Shown here in pieces: positions 1 to 10,824 of a stretch of 64,000 nt of DNA (the first letter of the stretch is position 1; every line of letters starts with the position of its first letter). The notes below the pieces were generated by a model. That model made no database searches, was not told the DNA's origin, and was given only the letters and a program-made list of their open reading frames with translations. Source of the DNA: Octopus bimaculoides (taxonomy: Eukaryota); NCBI RefSeq assembly GCF_001194135.2, contig NC_068984.1:28891751-28955750 (forward strand), given 5' to 3'. Position numbers and translations under genes: made by a program.

Positions 1-11
1 GTAATATAAAG
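1..11 (-). CDS. Candidate coding exon (5' part only, continues off the window edge) of a minus-strand gene with a PH-like motif; contributes S-L-Y-Y
   Basis: Strong acceptor on minus strand: ggtgttaattttttttttttcag|CTTTATATTAC. In frame with the three upstream microexons. Confidence 0.6.
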
Positions 12-170
12 CTGAAAAAAAAAAATTAACACCAAATATACAGTGCGTGTGTTTTTATTGGCTAAACTGGCAATATGACCATCCCCAAGTACAACAACAT
101 CTGTTTCAACACACGATTTCACATAAAAAATCTTGCAAAACAAATATATATATATATATATACATATATA

Positions 171-272
171 CGATGGGCGTCTTTCAGTTTCCGTCTACCA
201 AATCCACTCACAACGCTTTGGTCGGCCCAAGGCTATAGTAGAAGACACTTGCCCAAAGTGCCACACAGTAGG
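171..272 (-). mobile_element. SINE family A, partial 5' half
   Basis: Reverse complement of the 4823-5222 element 5' half (tttcagtttccgtctaccaaatccactcac...gacacttgcccaa), next to a (TA)n tract. Confidence 0.85.
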
Positions 273-469
273 AATATATATATATATGTACATTCAAGTG
301 AAGTTTATTAGCACAATGTCCCTATAAGGACTAACAATAATCAGCCATATTATATATGTATATACTTTGATATCTCATTAACTCAAATAATGCCATATAA
401 ATTTGCACACCTGTAGAAATATACCTTTTTCCATATATTTTCCTCACATTTACAATTTACTGATTTTAA

Positions 470-1000
470 TCTGCAGGTTAATATAAGGGCCATAAAATCT
501 TTTTCCAGTTATTCTTTATAAACAGAAGAAACTTTATGCACAAGCATCTAACGCTGGCGCTTTTGTCTAAGGCCTTCATAAATTGCTCAATGATCCCAAG
601 TTTATGCACAATGGTGGAAGTAATATGTCATTTGAATACATCAAATAGATCAAGTGTGTTGCTATTAGTTTTTCTACTGCAACATTGAAGGCATATCAGT
701 CCATTCTAGCACACAGTTTAAATTTATCTCAACTTTCCAACTAATAACAGTAACAAGGTAAATCAGTGTAATCTCTGCTTCAACAAATCTCCATAAATTA
801 TCTAGTAATGTTCGTCATATGTGATCTATGTTAATATTGATTTCATTGGACCATAACTTTTCATTATATCAGTTTAATAAGCATTAGGAACTGAAGCAGA
901 TTATATCCATTGCATATTAAAAATTCTCCATGTGTATAACCTTAATGGTCTTTGAACTGTCAGAAACAAAAAAAACAAAAACAAAAACAAACTCCATTTA
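470..1000 (-). pseudogene. Degraded DNA-transposase remnant, Chapaev3 (CMC)-like
   Basis: Collinear frame-broken motifs: SDSSKT, SASVPNAY, ITYDEHY*IIYGDL, SRDYTDLPCYCY, DILLPPL, KLGIIEQFMKALDK, FYGPYI. They follow the family pattern FIDSSK...IKYDEH.W.ICGDLK...GYTKYPCF...LLPPLHIKLGLMKQFVKAL...FDGPQI. Superfamily name is from memory. Confidence 0.7.
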
Positions 1001-1408
1001 TTTGATAACTGATCATAAAAAGAGTCATGATTTGCTTTTAAAAACTCTAACAAATATTTTTTACTATTTCTGTAAACACAAAACTCTTTCTAGCTAAGAT
1101 GTCATTAGCTTGGAAGAATTTATTGAAAAACTGAGATCTATTACAAAATTACTTAGCTCAGTCTGAATAAATAAATTTCATTTAATTAAGGTAAGACTGA
1201 ATCTTTAAAAACAATATTCTCCATATTAGTTCCTCCAATTAAAGAATAGGTATCTAACTGCATGATAATATAAAATAGTGAAATGTTGAACAAATATTTC
1301 ATTAATATGAAGAAGAGTTCACAAGTCTAACATTGTGTACAAAAGCAGCAAAATAAAGGAAAAAAGAAAAACTGGTTAAGAAGGGACACTCAAATTGTGC
1401 ACATATAC

Positions 1409-1525
1409 TCATCATCATCATTTAACGTCCACTTTCCATGCTAGCATGGGTTGGACGATTTGACTGGGGAGTGGCGAACCAAATGGTTACACCAGACTCC
1501 AATCTGATCTGGCAGAGTTTCTACA
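1409..1525 (-). mobile_element. RTE-type 3' tail fragment ending in (ATG)n
   Basis: catcatcatcatttaacgtccactttccatgctagcatgggttgg matches the terminus of the RTE element at 51088. Confidence 0.8.
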
Positions 1526-2639
1526 TTTTCAAATATGATACAATATTAGAGAAAAATATATAGAAGAAATTACATGTTTGAGTGTTTTAGTTGAGATATT
1601 GCAAGCCAAATATCAATTTTTCTACAGTTATTATTTCAACCTCATGTCACTGTTTAACATAGCATTTTAATGGGTTCATTTCCATCATCTTCAGATAACT
1701 TATTCATACAGTCACAGAATCTATATTTAAGGTAGAGATGGACAGAGCCTCAACTTATGCAATGATTATGCAACAAACAAAAGATTCTCCTTGCAGTTAC
1801 TCAACCTGCAAGAAATAGCAGCTACATATCCTGAAATTATCTCTGTTTTGATTTAAAAGAGGCAAAAGACACTAGATGATGTAGTTGTCAATGTATCATA
1901 GTTGGAAAAAATATACCAAACAACCAAACCTAGTCATGATAGTTAAGTAAATTAAATTAGTAAATTACTTAGAATGTGTTTGAATTCATAGACTAATATT
2001 GAATATATGTAAGAAGAGGTCATATGACTATAATCCTAGAAAGAACCTATAAATAAAATAAGTATAGCAAATGATGACAATAAAAGTCACAAAACTGAAA
2101 TCATGTATTTTTGAGATGGTCAAAAGAAGCAGTTTCAGCAAAGAAAGAACAAGTAAAATATTTAGGACAGAGGGTGTGGTTGGAATATAACCAGATAGGC
2201 TTAGAAGGATTGCATAGAATAAACATTATTCATACTTTTCTAGACGGAAGTTGGAGAAAGATTCTTGAATTCACTAATTTCAGAAAAGACACGTCCTATT
2301 AAAATAATAAACATATAACCGATTGACATCAGTTGCTTGATGAGGTTGACACCTCTCACTTGCAAGTTTAATTTCATCATCTCCTTCTCCTCCACCTCAA
2401 AATATTATTTTTTTCCCAAAAACTTGTTTTTACATTTGCTACGTATTTCTGAGAATTTTGTAATATCAAACTAATATATGGAAAAGACAATATTACTTTT
2501 TGCTGTTGTTAAATAAGCATATATTCATGAACAATAACTCATTGGGAACTCTATTGTGATAAGCCTCAGTCCACGTGTTTGTTTTTTTTGTTTTTTTTTG
2601 CTTTTTTTAGAAAGAGCATTCTACTTCTGTATTCTATTA

Positions 2640-3380
2640 GCTGATACAATTTTGACTGCATATTATAGCTTTTCCTAAATGTGGATGGTTGAATACAAAT
2701 AATTCTTTTATAACATGAGCCTCTTGAAGTAAAACAAGGATCACATTTATCCATGTATTTTAGACTGCAACAGTACATAGCGCTGATATGCTGTAACTTG
2801 TGTACATTTTAAAAAGTTTTGTTATCATTCACCTCCTGCCATATAAGTACTTGATGATGTGTTATCTTTTAAGTTTCAGTTTCAACAGCCAGTTTGGGGG
2901 AGATTCAAGTGTAGTTGATTAAGACAATACTGAGACAATTATCAAAAATTTCTAAAGGCACCTCATGAGGTTTGACGCTTAAGAGTTAAAATGTTCTTTT
3001 TTTTCTTCTTTATGCAACTTATCTGCAATTCTATGTAGTTCTATATGTTTTTTATAAAGCTCTGTTACAGATGTTAGAGATATTTTATGACTGCATGATC
3101 TTACACAGGATAACATTTGATATTTTAATACCTTCATAGTGAGCTTACAATTCTTACCGAATTGGAATTTTTTTCCTTGATAAACCTTGTCTTGTATTTT
3201 TGGCTTAAAAGTCATTGTCCAGGCATCTGCCAATATCTGTGTTCAAGCTAACTGTTGTAAAGTCATTCTCATCTGCTGATGTTATTTGGGTAAATAGAAT
3301 AGTGTCATCAGCATAATGACACAGCTCAATTTCAAAAGGTAAACATCATTAACAGAAAAGGTGAACAAATTAAGTGTTAA
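2640..3380 (-). pseudogene. Degraded CR1/L2-group LINE reverse-transcriptase C-terminal fragment
   Basis: Minus strand LFTFSVND, then frameshifted EIELCHYADDTILF (YADD at 3304-3315), then LADAWTMTF (W-x-M-x-F motif); many stops and frameshifts. Confidence 0.75.
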
Positions 3381-4369
3381 ACCTTAAGTGACTAAAAGTA
3401 CATTGAATATATTTTGAAACACACTTTATATAAGGAAATGGATAGTAAATTGGTTCATAGAGCATGAATTAATGCTGTCATTTTAAAATAAGTTGTATGA
3501 GTATCTCACAAGGAGAGATTATTGTAATCACATACGCAGCAATATACATTAAACTAAAGGTAGTTAATTAAAATGAAATGAATAGATGTGATAGTCTCTA
3601 ATTCATACTATCTCAAAATCTTAAAATGCAAATGAAATTGCAAATGGCTATAATTTTGAGGAATGCGATAAAATGAAAAGCGATTGAAAACTTTATGTTA
3701 GTAGCATGGTAGCAAAACATATGCAATATCTTAAATAAAGATTTAAAAAAATTATGATATCATTTGGGAAGAACTATAAAATTCGAAATATCTAAGAGCA
3801 AGTGTTTTTCCAAATGCATGTTAATATTTTAATAAAAAAATAACATTAAATGTGGTATTAAATATTGATGCATGCCTGATCATTAAGAGTAACCAGATAC
3901 AATCTAATCAATTTACAATGAAGATAAATTCTAACTTTTATCCACCTAACTTTAACTGAGTTTTCCTTGTATTTAGGCAAACTGTAAATTAGTTGCCAGT
4001 TCTATTTTATGTTAAAGTAATTGGTTCCAGGAAAGGTAGACAGTTATAAAAACATCTGCCTCAAGAACAAAATTGCTTAAATCTGTGCACGACAAATGAA
4101 ATACCCAAACAGAAAAGCAGACATGAACATCGTTTAAGCTTCACTTATGTCATAAATGGATATTTTCAATAGTTTTAGCACCTATAAGAATATTAAAAAT
4201 CTATATATCATGTTTATCATATGCTAATAAACTAGACTGCTGCAGAGAAAGGGAAAATACAAAGAAAGGAAAGAAAGAGGGAGAGGAAAGAAAGAAAATT
4301 AGTAATCTCTTAAATAAAGAACAGTGATTGAAATGACCAGAATGTGTCCATTAATCACAGGTTACTTAC

Positions 4370-4380
4370 ATCTCCTGTCA
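4370..4380 (-). CDS. Candidate 11-nt microexon (TGACAGGAGAT; F-D-R-R-S)
   Basis: Minus strand tcttttcgttattgaatgtgaatctttag|TGACAGGAGAT|gtaagt; consensus donor; keeps the PH-like frame open. Confidence 0.55.
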
Positions 4381-4822
4381 CTAAAGATTCACATTCAATA
4401 ACGAAAAGACACACACACACACAAACATACTTCTTCCAGCATGCAAACATAAAATGTGTGGAAGTTAAAGGCTAATATATTGTCAGAGAATAGTAATTGA
4501 TGTGTCTTGAAAGAGTGGGCAACAGCTGGAATATTATTTAAAGACTAAGGTAATTATGTAAAATCTATGGAGAGTTGCTTTGAACATCAATTGATGATGC
4601 AATCGAGCATTTGGATATTTTGTGCAATATTTGGAAATTATGAGCTAAACTAAGATAGAATGAAATATTCAGAAATCTTGTAATTGTTTCAAATATTTAC
4701 TTAATAATGATGAATTTTAAATCCTATTGAATTCAAATTAATCAAGACTGTACTAATATATTCCAAAATTATTTGTTATAAGTATCCTAACATTGACACA
4801 ATCAGAAATATTGCCAATTATA

Positions 4823-5222
4823 GGCGTAGGAGTGGCTGTGTGGTAAGTAGCTTGCTTACCAACCACATGGTTCTGGGTTCAGTCCCACTGTGTGGCACCT
4901 TGAGTAAGTGTCTTTCACTATAGCCTCGGGCCAACCAAAGCCTTGTGAGTAGATTTGGTAGACGGAAACTGAAAGAAGCCCGTCGTATATATATGTATAT
5001 ATATATATATATATATGTGTGTGTTTGTCCCCCTAACATCGCTTGACAACCGTTGCTGGTGTGTTTATGTCCCCGTAACTTAGCGGCTCAGCAAAAAGAG
5101 ACCGATAGAATAAGTACTAGGCTTACAAAGAATAAGTCCTGGGGTCGATTTGCTCGACTAAAAAGGTGGTGCTCCAGCATGGCCGCAGTCAAATGACTGA
5201 AACAAGTAAAAGAGTAAAGAGT
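4823..5222 (+). mobile_element. Full-length tRNA-headed SINE, family A (CORE-like central block, internal (TA)n/(TG)n)
   Basis: A-box tggctgtgtggt, B-box ggttcagtccc, gtggcaccttgagtaagtgtc core, internal microsatellite, 3' tail gaaacaagtaaaagagtaaaga; about 12 related copies in the window. Confidence 0.9.
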
Positions 5223-5777
5223 TACTGATAATATTTCTCTACCTGTATTTTTCTTGGAATCATCGTTTGTAAATGTTTTTATTGAACATTAACTGAGTCA
5301 ACAGGAATAAAAGTAGTTCAGTCTCTTAAGACTGTCCTTATTCCTCAGATTCATCAATACAATATGCCTTTTTTATCATTTAAGTCACTCACAAATACAT
5401 ACATTTAGTGCAGTCTCTATGAATATTATTATCTCAATTGTTACTACTGTTCCTCCATTATAGACACAATGATCTACTCATTAATACAATCATATGTTCC
5501 TACTCTGCTATTCTATGCATTGTGTTAATTTCTTTAACACAAAAACAATAACAAAAATAGATGATAGCTATGGTAGTGGTGGCGGAGATGGCAATGGTGG
5601 TGTTGGTATTGAGAACAGTGAATGCAGAGAGTAGTAGAATATATATTTAGAGAAAGAGATTATAATGGTAAATGATGGTGAAGGTGCTTATACTGAAACT
5701 GAGTGTAGAGAGAAAAAGAGAGAGAGAGAAGGAAAGATAGCATGGAGTCATAATGGGAAAAGAAGTTTGTGGTTTGT

Positions 5778-5782
<5 letters not shown>

Positions 5783-5810
<28 letters not shown>
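5783..5810. repeat. (GA)n microsatellite
   Basis: Direct observation. Confidence 0.95.
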
Positions 5811-5815
<5 letters not shown>

Positions 5816-6593
5816 GGGGAAGACTGAGGATTCAAAAAGTGAGAGGCTGAGTAGAGAGGGAGACAGAGAATTCTAAGATGTGAGAGGGTAAAGCAAGAAT
5901 GATGTCAGTTGAAGTAAATATGCAAGAGGCAGAGCAGAAAGTGATATGGAGATGGGGGAGAAATAAAAAATATGAAAATGTAGCAAAGTTTCTGATATCA
6001 CTGTGTCTTTAGTTATCTAATTCTCTCATTGAATTTGTTCAAAATATTTTTGATGTAGTATATAAAATAACAGTATGATTAGTTGAAAGTATTAAATCAC
6101 TACACAAAAGCAATGCAATGATTACTAAAATCTGTCTACATAATGTATCTACACTTTATATATGTTGGTATGTGTGTATGCATTTCAATACAACTGTATG
6201 CACATGCATACACGTAAGTATATATTTCATGGGTTTCTATAAACTTTCAACAATCTTACTGCTTTCAACATAACCATGGAATTTCCATGGGTATTCTGGT
6301 AACTATTATTATAAGTTTGTTTCAACGATTATCAACATAGTCATCAAAACAGCTATTAGTAGTACAAATGCTATTATGTCACTATTATTATATGCATGTA
6401 CAAACATACACATGTGTACACACATGCAGACATATATACACAATAAAAATTGAGTGCTTACTAATGATAAAACATGCATAATGAATAGTAAAGATGTGGT
6501 AGGGGGGATATTAAAAATAAAAACAAGAAGGAATACACAAAGATTACAAAATATTGCACTTCAGGAAGTAGTTTTCATTAGAAATATAGTTTC

Positions 6594-6643
<50 letters not shown>

Positions 6644-6660
6644 AATAATAATGATAATAA
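6594..6660. repeat. (TAA)n microsatellite
   Basis: Direct observation. Confidence 0.95.
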
Positions 6661-6932
6661 ATATTATTATAACAACAATAGATGTGAAAAAACAAAAACA
6701 AAATCAAGAGTCATATCAAGAGTACTATACAATCAATGACTGCATACATAGAGATTGTTCACAAAACTGTACATACACTTTCGCTCTCACACATACACAG
6801 AAACACGCAACACTGACACACATACATACAACAGGCCTTTGAAAGAGAAACAAGGCAAATATGAATGCTATTATCACTATAATAACAACACTAAACACAA
6901 CAATAATTATATGTACAAGCAGGGCAACATAC

Positions 6933-6956
6933 AATGTGCACCACCTCCTTCTCATT
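6933..6956 (-). CDS. Candidate 24-nt microexon (G-M-R-R-R-W-C-T-F)
   Basis: Minus strand tttcctaattatgtaacag|AATGAGAAGGAGGTGGTGCACATT|gtatgt; branch-point-like ctaat, T-rich tract further upstream, purine-rich exon. Confidence 0.6.
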
Positions 6957-7213
6957 CTGTTACATAATTAGGAAACATTATGACCCAATATTGATGAAAA
7001 AAGTCATAAAATGAAACAAAAAGAAATATTTTACTTCCACTAATAACTATCATAGCTGTCAACTTCTGAATTAAATTATATTGCTCTGATATGAGGGAGT
7101 GTATTTTCACTTGCATTTCATTTTGCACACAAATAATCGTTTTGGGATGCTTGTTTTTGCTTGTTTTTCTTCCTTTCTTTTTTTTTTGTTGGTTTGGATA
7201 GGTTGTGGCTTAC

Positions 7214-7227
7214 CCAACATATGACAC
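7214..7227 (-). CDS. Candidate 14-nt microexon (V-S-Y-V-G)
   Basis: Minus strand gcttgcttcttatcaatag|GTGTCATATGTTGG|gtaagc; phase-2 end completes a GGA (Gly) codon with the next exon. Confidence 0.5.
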
Positions 7228-7439
7228 CTATTGATAAGAAGCAAGCTACATACTTGTTATCTAAATAACTAAGAAAAATATCTTAAAGAATAAAGATATC
7301 AATCTTTTGGTAATAATTTACAATATATACAAAATTTTAGTCTTCCAACCTTCATTAGCAAAGATTCAACTGAGCAAAACAAAAGTGATAAAAACAGTGG
7401 CAATGTAATGATATATTTGTGGATGCAGGTCATCAATCT

Positions 7440-7690
7440 TCCTTCAGTAACTAACTGTTTTTACCTTAAGAAATAACAGACAAGCCAACAAAGGAGCATT
7501 TGACTTGCTAGAAATAGTCATCAAATCTCCTCAAATTACAACCTACTGTATTTAATAGGAAAGGGACAACAGAATACGATTATCCAAATAGACTGTGCCT
7601 GTCTAAAAATGAATTTGAGTGAATATGGATGGCATGCCAATGCTCTTAAGTCTAAGGATTAATCCTTACTGAGCTGGGGTTAAACAATAA
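7440..7690 (+). mobile_element. Interspersed repeat family C (SINE-like); related degraded copies at about 1780-1960 (+), 19085-19420 (-) and 39000-39250 (+)
   Basis: Shared block gacttgctagaaatag...aaatctcctcaaattac recurs in degraded form at the listed sites. Confidence 0.55.
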
Positions 7691-7699
7691 AGCACTATT

Positions 7700-7850
7700 C
7701 AAGTGTGATCATTGCCAGCATCACCTTACTGGCACATGTGCCAGTGGCACGTGAAACACAACATTCGAGCATGGTCATTTCCAGTGTCGCCGGACTGGCT
7801 CTCATACAGGTAGCACGTAAAAAACACCTTTTGAGTGTGGTTGTTGCAAG
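7700..7850 (+). mobile_element. Fragment of the RTE 3'-UTR tandem repeat
   Basis: actggcacatgtgccagtggcacgtgaaacacaacattcgagcatggtc is the reverse complement of the units at 51257-51620. Confidence 0.75.
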
Positions 7851-7919
7851 AACTAAAAGTTGGAGGGGGATGGGATAAACAATCTGCATCAACTTGCTAT
7901 AAAAGGTAGTAATTTTACC

Positions 7920-8633
7920 TTGTACTTATTCTTAGTGCAAGTTTTGAAGAGTGCAGTTCAATTTTAACAGCTATTTTTCAAAGCAATAATGGAAGTGACA
8001 AAGGAGCATATTCGGCAGATTTTGCTTTATGAGTTCAATAAAGGCAACAACACAACAGAAAGTGCGAGAAATATTAATGCCATATATGGGGATTGGACAA
8101 AATATGTAAGCCACTGTCAACAGTGGTTCCAGAAATTCCAAACTACAGCCTAGAAGATAAGCCTTGTTATGGAAGGCCTGTAGAGCTTGATGAGGATGTA
8201 GGCAACTTTGAAAGGAGAAACACAGGTGCTCAAGGCTGAAGAAGGTCTTCAACCACATAAGGTGTTGTTATCTGTTTGGTGGGATATGAACGGTTTAGTC
8301 CACTTTTAACTTTTAAACCCAAACCAAACAATAACAAAGGAGATCTACTGCAAATAGATTGAATGGCTTAAGTCAGCACTAGAAGAAAAACGACCATCTT
8401 TGGTTTCAAGACGAAAGGTGTTCTTCCATCAGGATAATGCTCAGCCCACATATAGTGAGGATGACATCCCAAAGGCTGGATCAGTTTGAATGGGAAATGA
8501 AGCCCCACCCACTATATTCGTTGGACATTGCTCCATCTGATTATCATTTATTCTGCAGTCTTCAACATCATTTGGACAGAAAAAATATGAATTCTGTAGA
8601 CAAGGTCAGAACAGTACTGGAGGAATATTTTTC
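7920..8633 (+). pseudogene. Internally deleted, defective mariner transposase, cut by an assembly gap
   Basis: ATG at 7989: MEVTKEHIRQILLYEFNKGNNTTESARNI...QWFQKF...GRPVELDED; deletion; then KVLLSVWWDM...VFFHQDNA...HPLYSLDIAPSDYHLFCSLQHHL. Stops and frameshifts present. Confidence 0.9.
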
Positions 8634-9368
8634 NNNNNNNNNNNNNNNNNNNNNNNNNNNNNNNNNNNNNNNNNNNNNNNNNNNNNNNNNNNNNNNNNNN
8701 NNNNNNNNNNNNNNNNNNNNNNNNNNNNNNNNNNNNNNNNNNNNNNNNNNNNNNNNNNNNNNNNNNNNNNNNNNNNNNNNNNNNNNNNNNNNNNNNNNNN
8801 NNNNNNNNNNNNNNNNNNNNNNNNNNNNNNNNNNNNNNNNNNNNNNNNNNNNNNNNNNNNNNNNNNNNNNNNNNNNNNNNNNNNNNNNNNNNNNNNNNNN
8901 NNNNNNNNNNNNNNNNNNNNNNNNNNNNNNNNNNNNNNNNNNNNNNNNNNNNNNNNNNNNNNNNNNNNNNNNNNNNNNNNNNNNNNNNNNNNNNNNNNNN
9001 NNNNNNNNNNNNNNNNNNNNNNNNNNNNNNNNNNNNNNNNNNNNNNNNNNNNNNNNNNNNNNNNNNNNNNNNNNNNNNNNNNNNNNNNNNNNNNNNNNNN
9101 NNNNNNNNNNNNNNNNNNNNNNNNNNNNNNNNNNNNNNNNNNNNNNNNNNNNNNNNNNNNNNNNNNNNNNNNNNNNNNNNNNNNNNNNNNNNNNNNNNNN
9201 NNNNNNNNNNNNNNNNNNNNNNNNNNNNNNNNNNNNNNNNNNNNNNNNNNNNNNNNNNNNNNNNNNNNNNNNNNNNNNNNNNNNNNNNNNNNNNNNNNNN
9301 NNNNNNNNNNNNNNNNNNNNNNNNNNNNNNNNNNNNNNNNNNNNNNNNNNNNNNNNNNNNNNNNNNNN
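8634..9368. other. Assembly gap (N run); smaller gaps at about 10778, 18711, 24104, 28365, 35254-35361, 49650, 53667 and 59626-59664
   Basis: Runs of n. Confidence 1.
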
Positions 9369-9401
<33 letters not shown>

Positions 9402-10787
9402 AGACACTATGAATTTGAGGAAAGTCTTGCATATTTTCATTCTCTTAACTTACAAATAGTATTTGTAATGTGCATGTTAGCTTAGTTTTTTTTTTCTTTT
9501 CCGAAAGCCTTAGGTTTTCCAGATTGTCATTTCCAAACAATTTCAAGAGCATCAACTATTACTGGTATAAATGTGGATTTATAATATGATTATAGAAACT
9601 GAAGGTTTCAAAGCAGTCATACATAGTTATCCTCTTTTTCTATGAAAATAAAAGAGATGTTCAATTCAGCAAATCAGCTGAACTCTATGATGGTACATAC
9701 TTTTTCTTCTCTGTTCCAAATGACACTGGTGTGTTATATTTACACTTGGCAGTAGTTTTGATGGGAATGTTCCAGCAATATCCTTTTCGCTGATGTGTGT
9801 ATGTGTGTGTGCATGTATGTATTGAATAGCAAGGGAATTTGTTTTATTTTCCCCAGGACAGTCCTTTTACTGATGGCATTGTATATTGTTTTAGCAAGTT
9901 GCCTTGGGTTGTCGTGCCTTCATGACATTCCTGGGTGGCTGCTGATCATATGTGTGATGTCATGTGATATGTTCAACATTTCCAATTGCACCTTGGGCCT
10001 CCAAGGACTCCACTGTCTATTATTGTGTCTCAAGTATTTTGTAGCAATCTCTTGCTAATGGACAGCGAATGCATAAACTTCAAAGTGTGATGTAATGCAG
10101 TTATGAGTTCATAAAAGGCCAAACTTTATCATCAAGTTTTCAGGAAACATTCCGATGAATCATTTCCTTTTGGTAGGCTGAGTATTTCACATCAAGGCCT
10201 TCTTTGTATATATGTATCTGCATGCATGTATATTTTATTGTGTGCGTGTGCACCTGTACATATGTATGTGTGTGCATGCAAATATATAAATATACAGTGA
10301 TATCTGCGCACACATTATAGGAGAATCACATAGTAAATAACAATTCTTAATACTACCTAATTTGATTGAGTAGGGAAGAGTGAGTATTTTGTTTGTGCGT
10401 TTGTTTTTATAGATGTGCTTCCAATAAAGATATTTTGTTTTGTTTTGTAATCAAACTATTTAAAGAAGTTACGAAACTTAACATTAGGAAATAAGTAAAT
10501 AATGAAGAAAATGAAATGAAATATTGTATTTAGAATGAAAAATGATCGAAGCTGTTGAAGAATAACATATTGAATAAGATAATGGAGGAACAGGAAGAAA
10601 GGCTATGGCAGGGGGTAATGTGATAAATTAAGCTAATGAATCAGAAGATTTTAATCCAAAGCACTTTCTCCACTTTTTTCTCCCCTCTAGTTTGACTTTT
10701 TTTCTCCAGCTTCGTTAGTGATTTTCAGTTCATGTCTCATGGTATGCATTTATCTATTATTTTAAAATTTATTTTAANNNNNNNNNN

Positions 10788-10824
<37 letters not shown>

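Noticed and set aside
4823-4895. tRNA-like sequences with A- and B-boxes (also 12745, 48860, 58638)
   Set aside because: They continue into SINE bodies or lack acceptor-stem closure, so they are SINE heads and not tRNA genes.
4370-6956. Alternative reading GVICWNEKEVVHIEIFIL using a 5-nt exon (inner acceptor at 4375)
   Set aside because: Open but matches no motif I recognise, whereas the other frame gives a PH-like pattern; not formally excluded.
8437-9459. 340-aa, 294-aa and 290-aa ORFs in the supplied track
   Set aside because: They are long only because they cross the 735-N gap; the real part is a defective mariner.
9623-9710. Microexon-like sites 9623-9639 (17 nt) and 9701-9710 (10 nt)
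   Set aside because: The first has a good acceptor but alone breaks the phase of the chain; using both needs a 61-nt intron and a weak acceptor.
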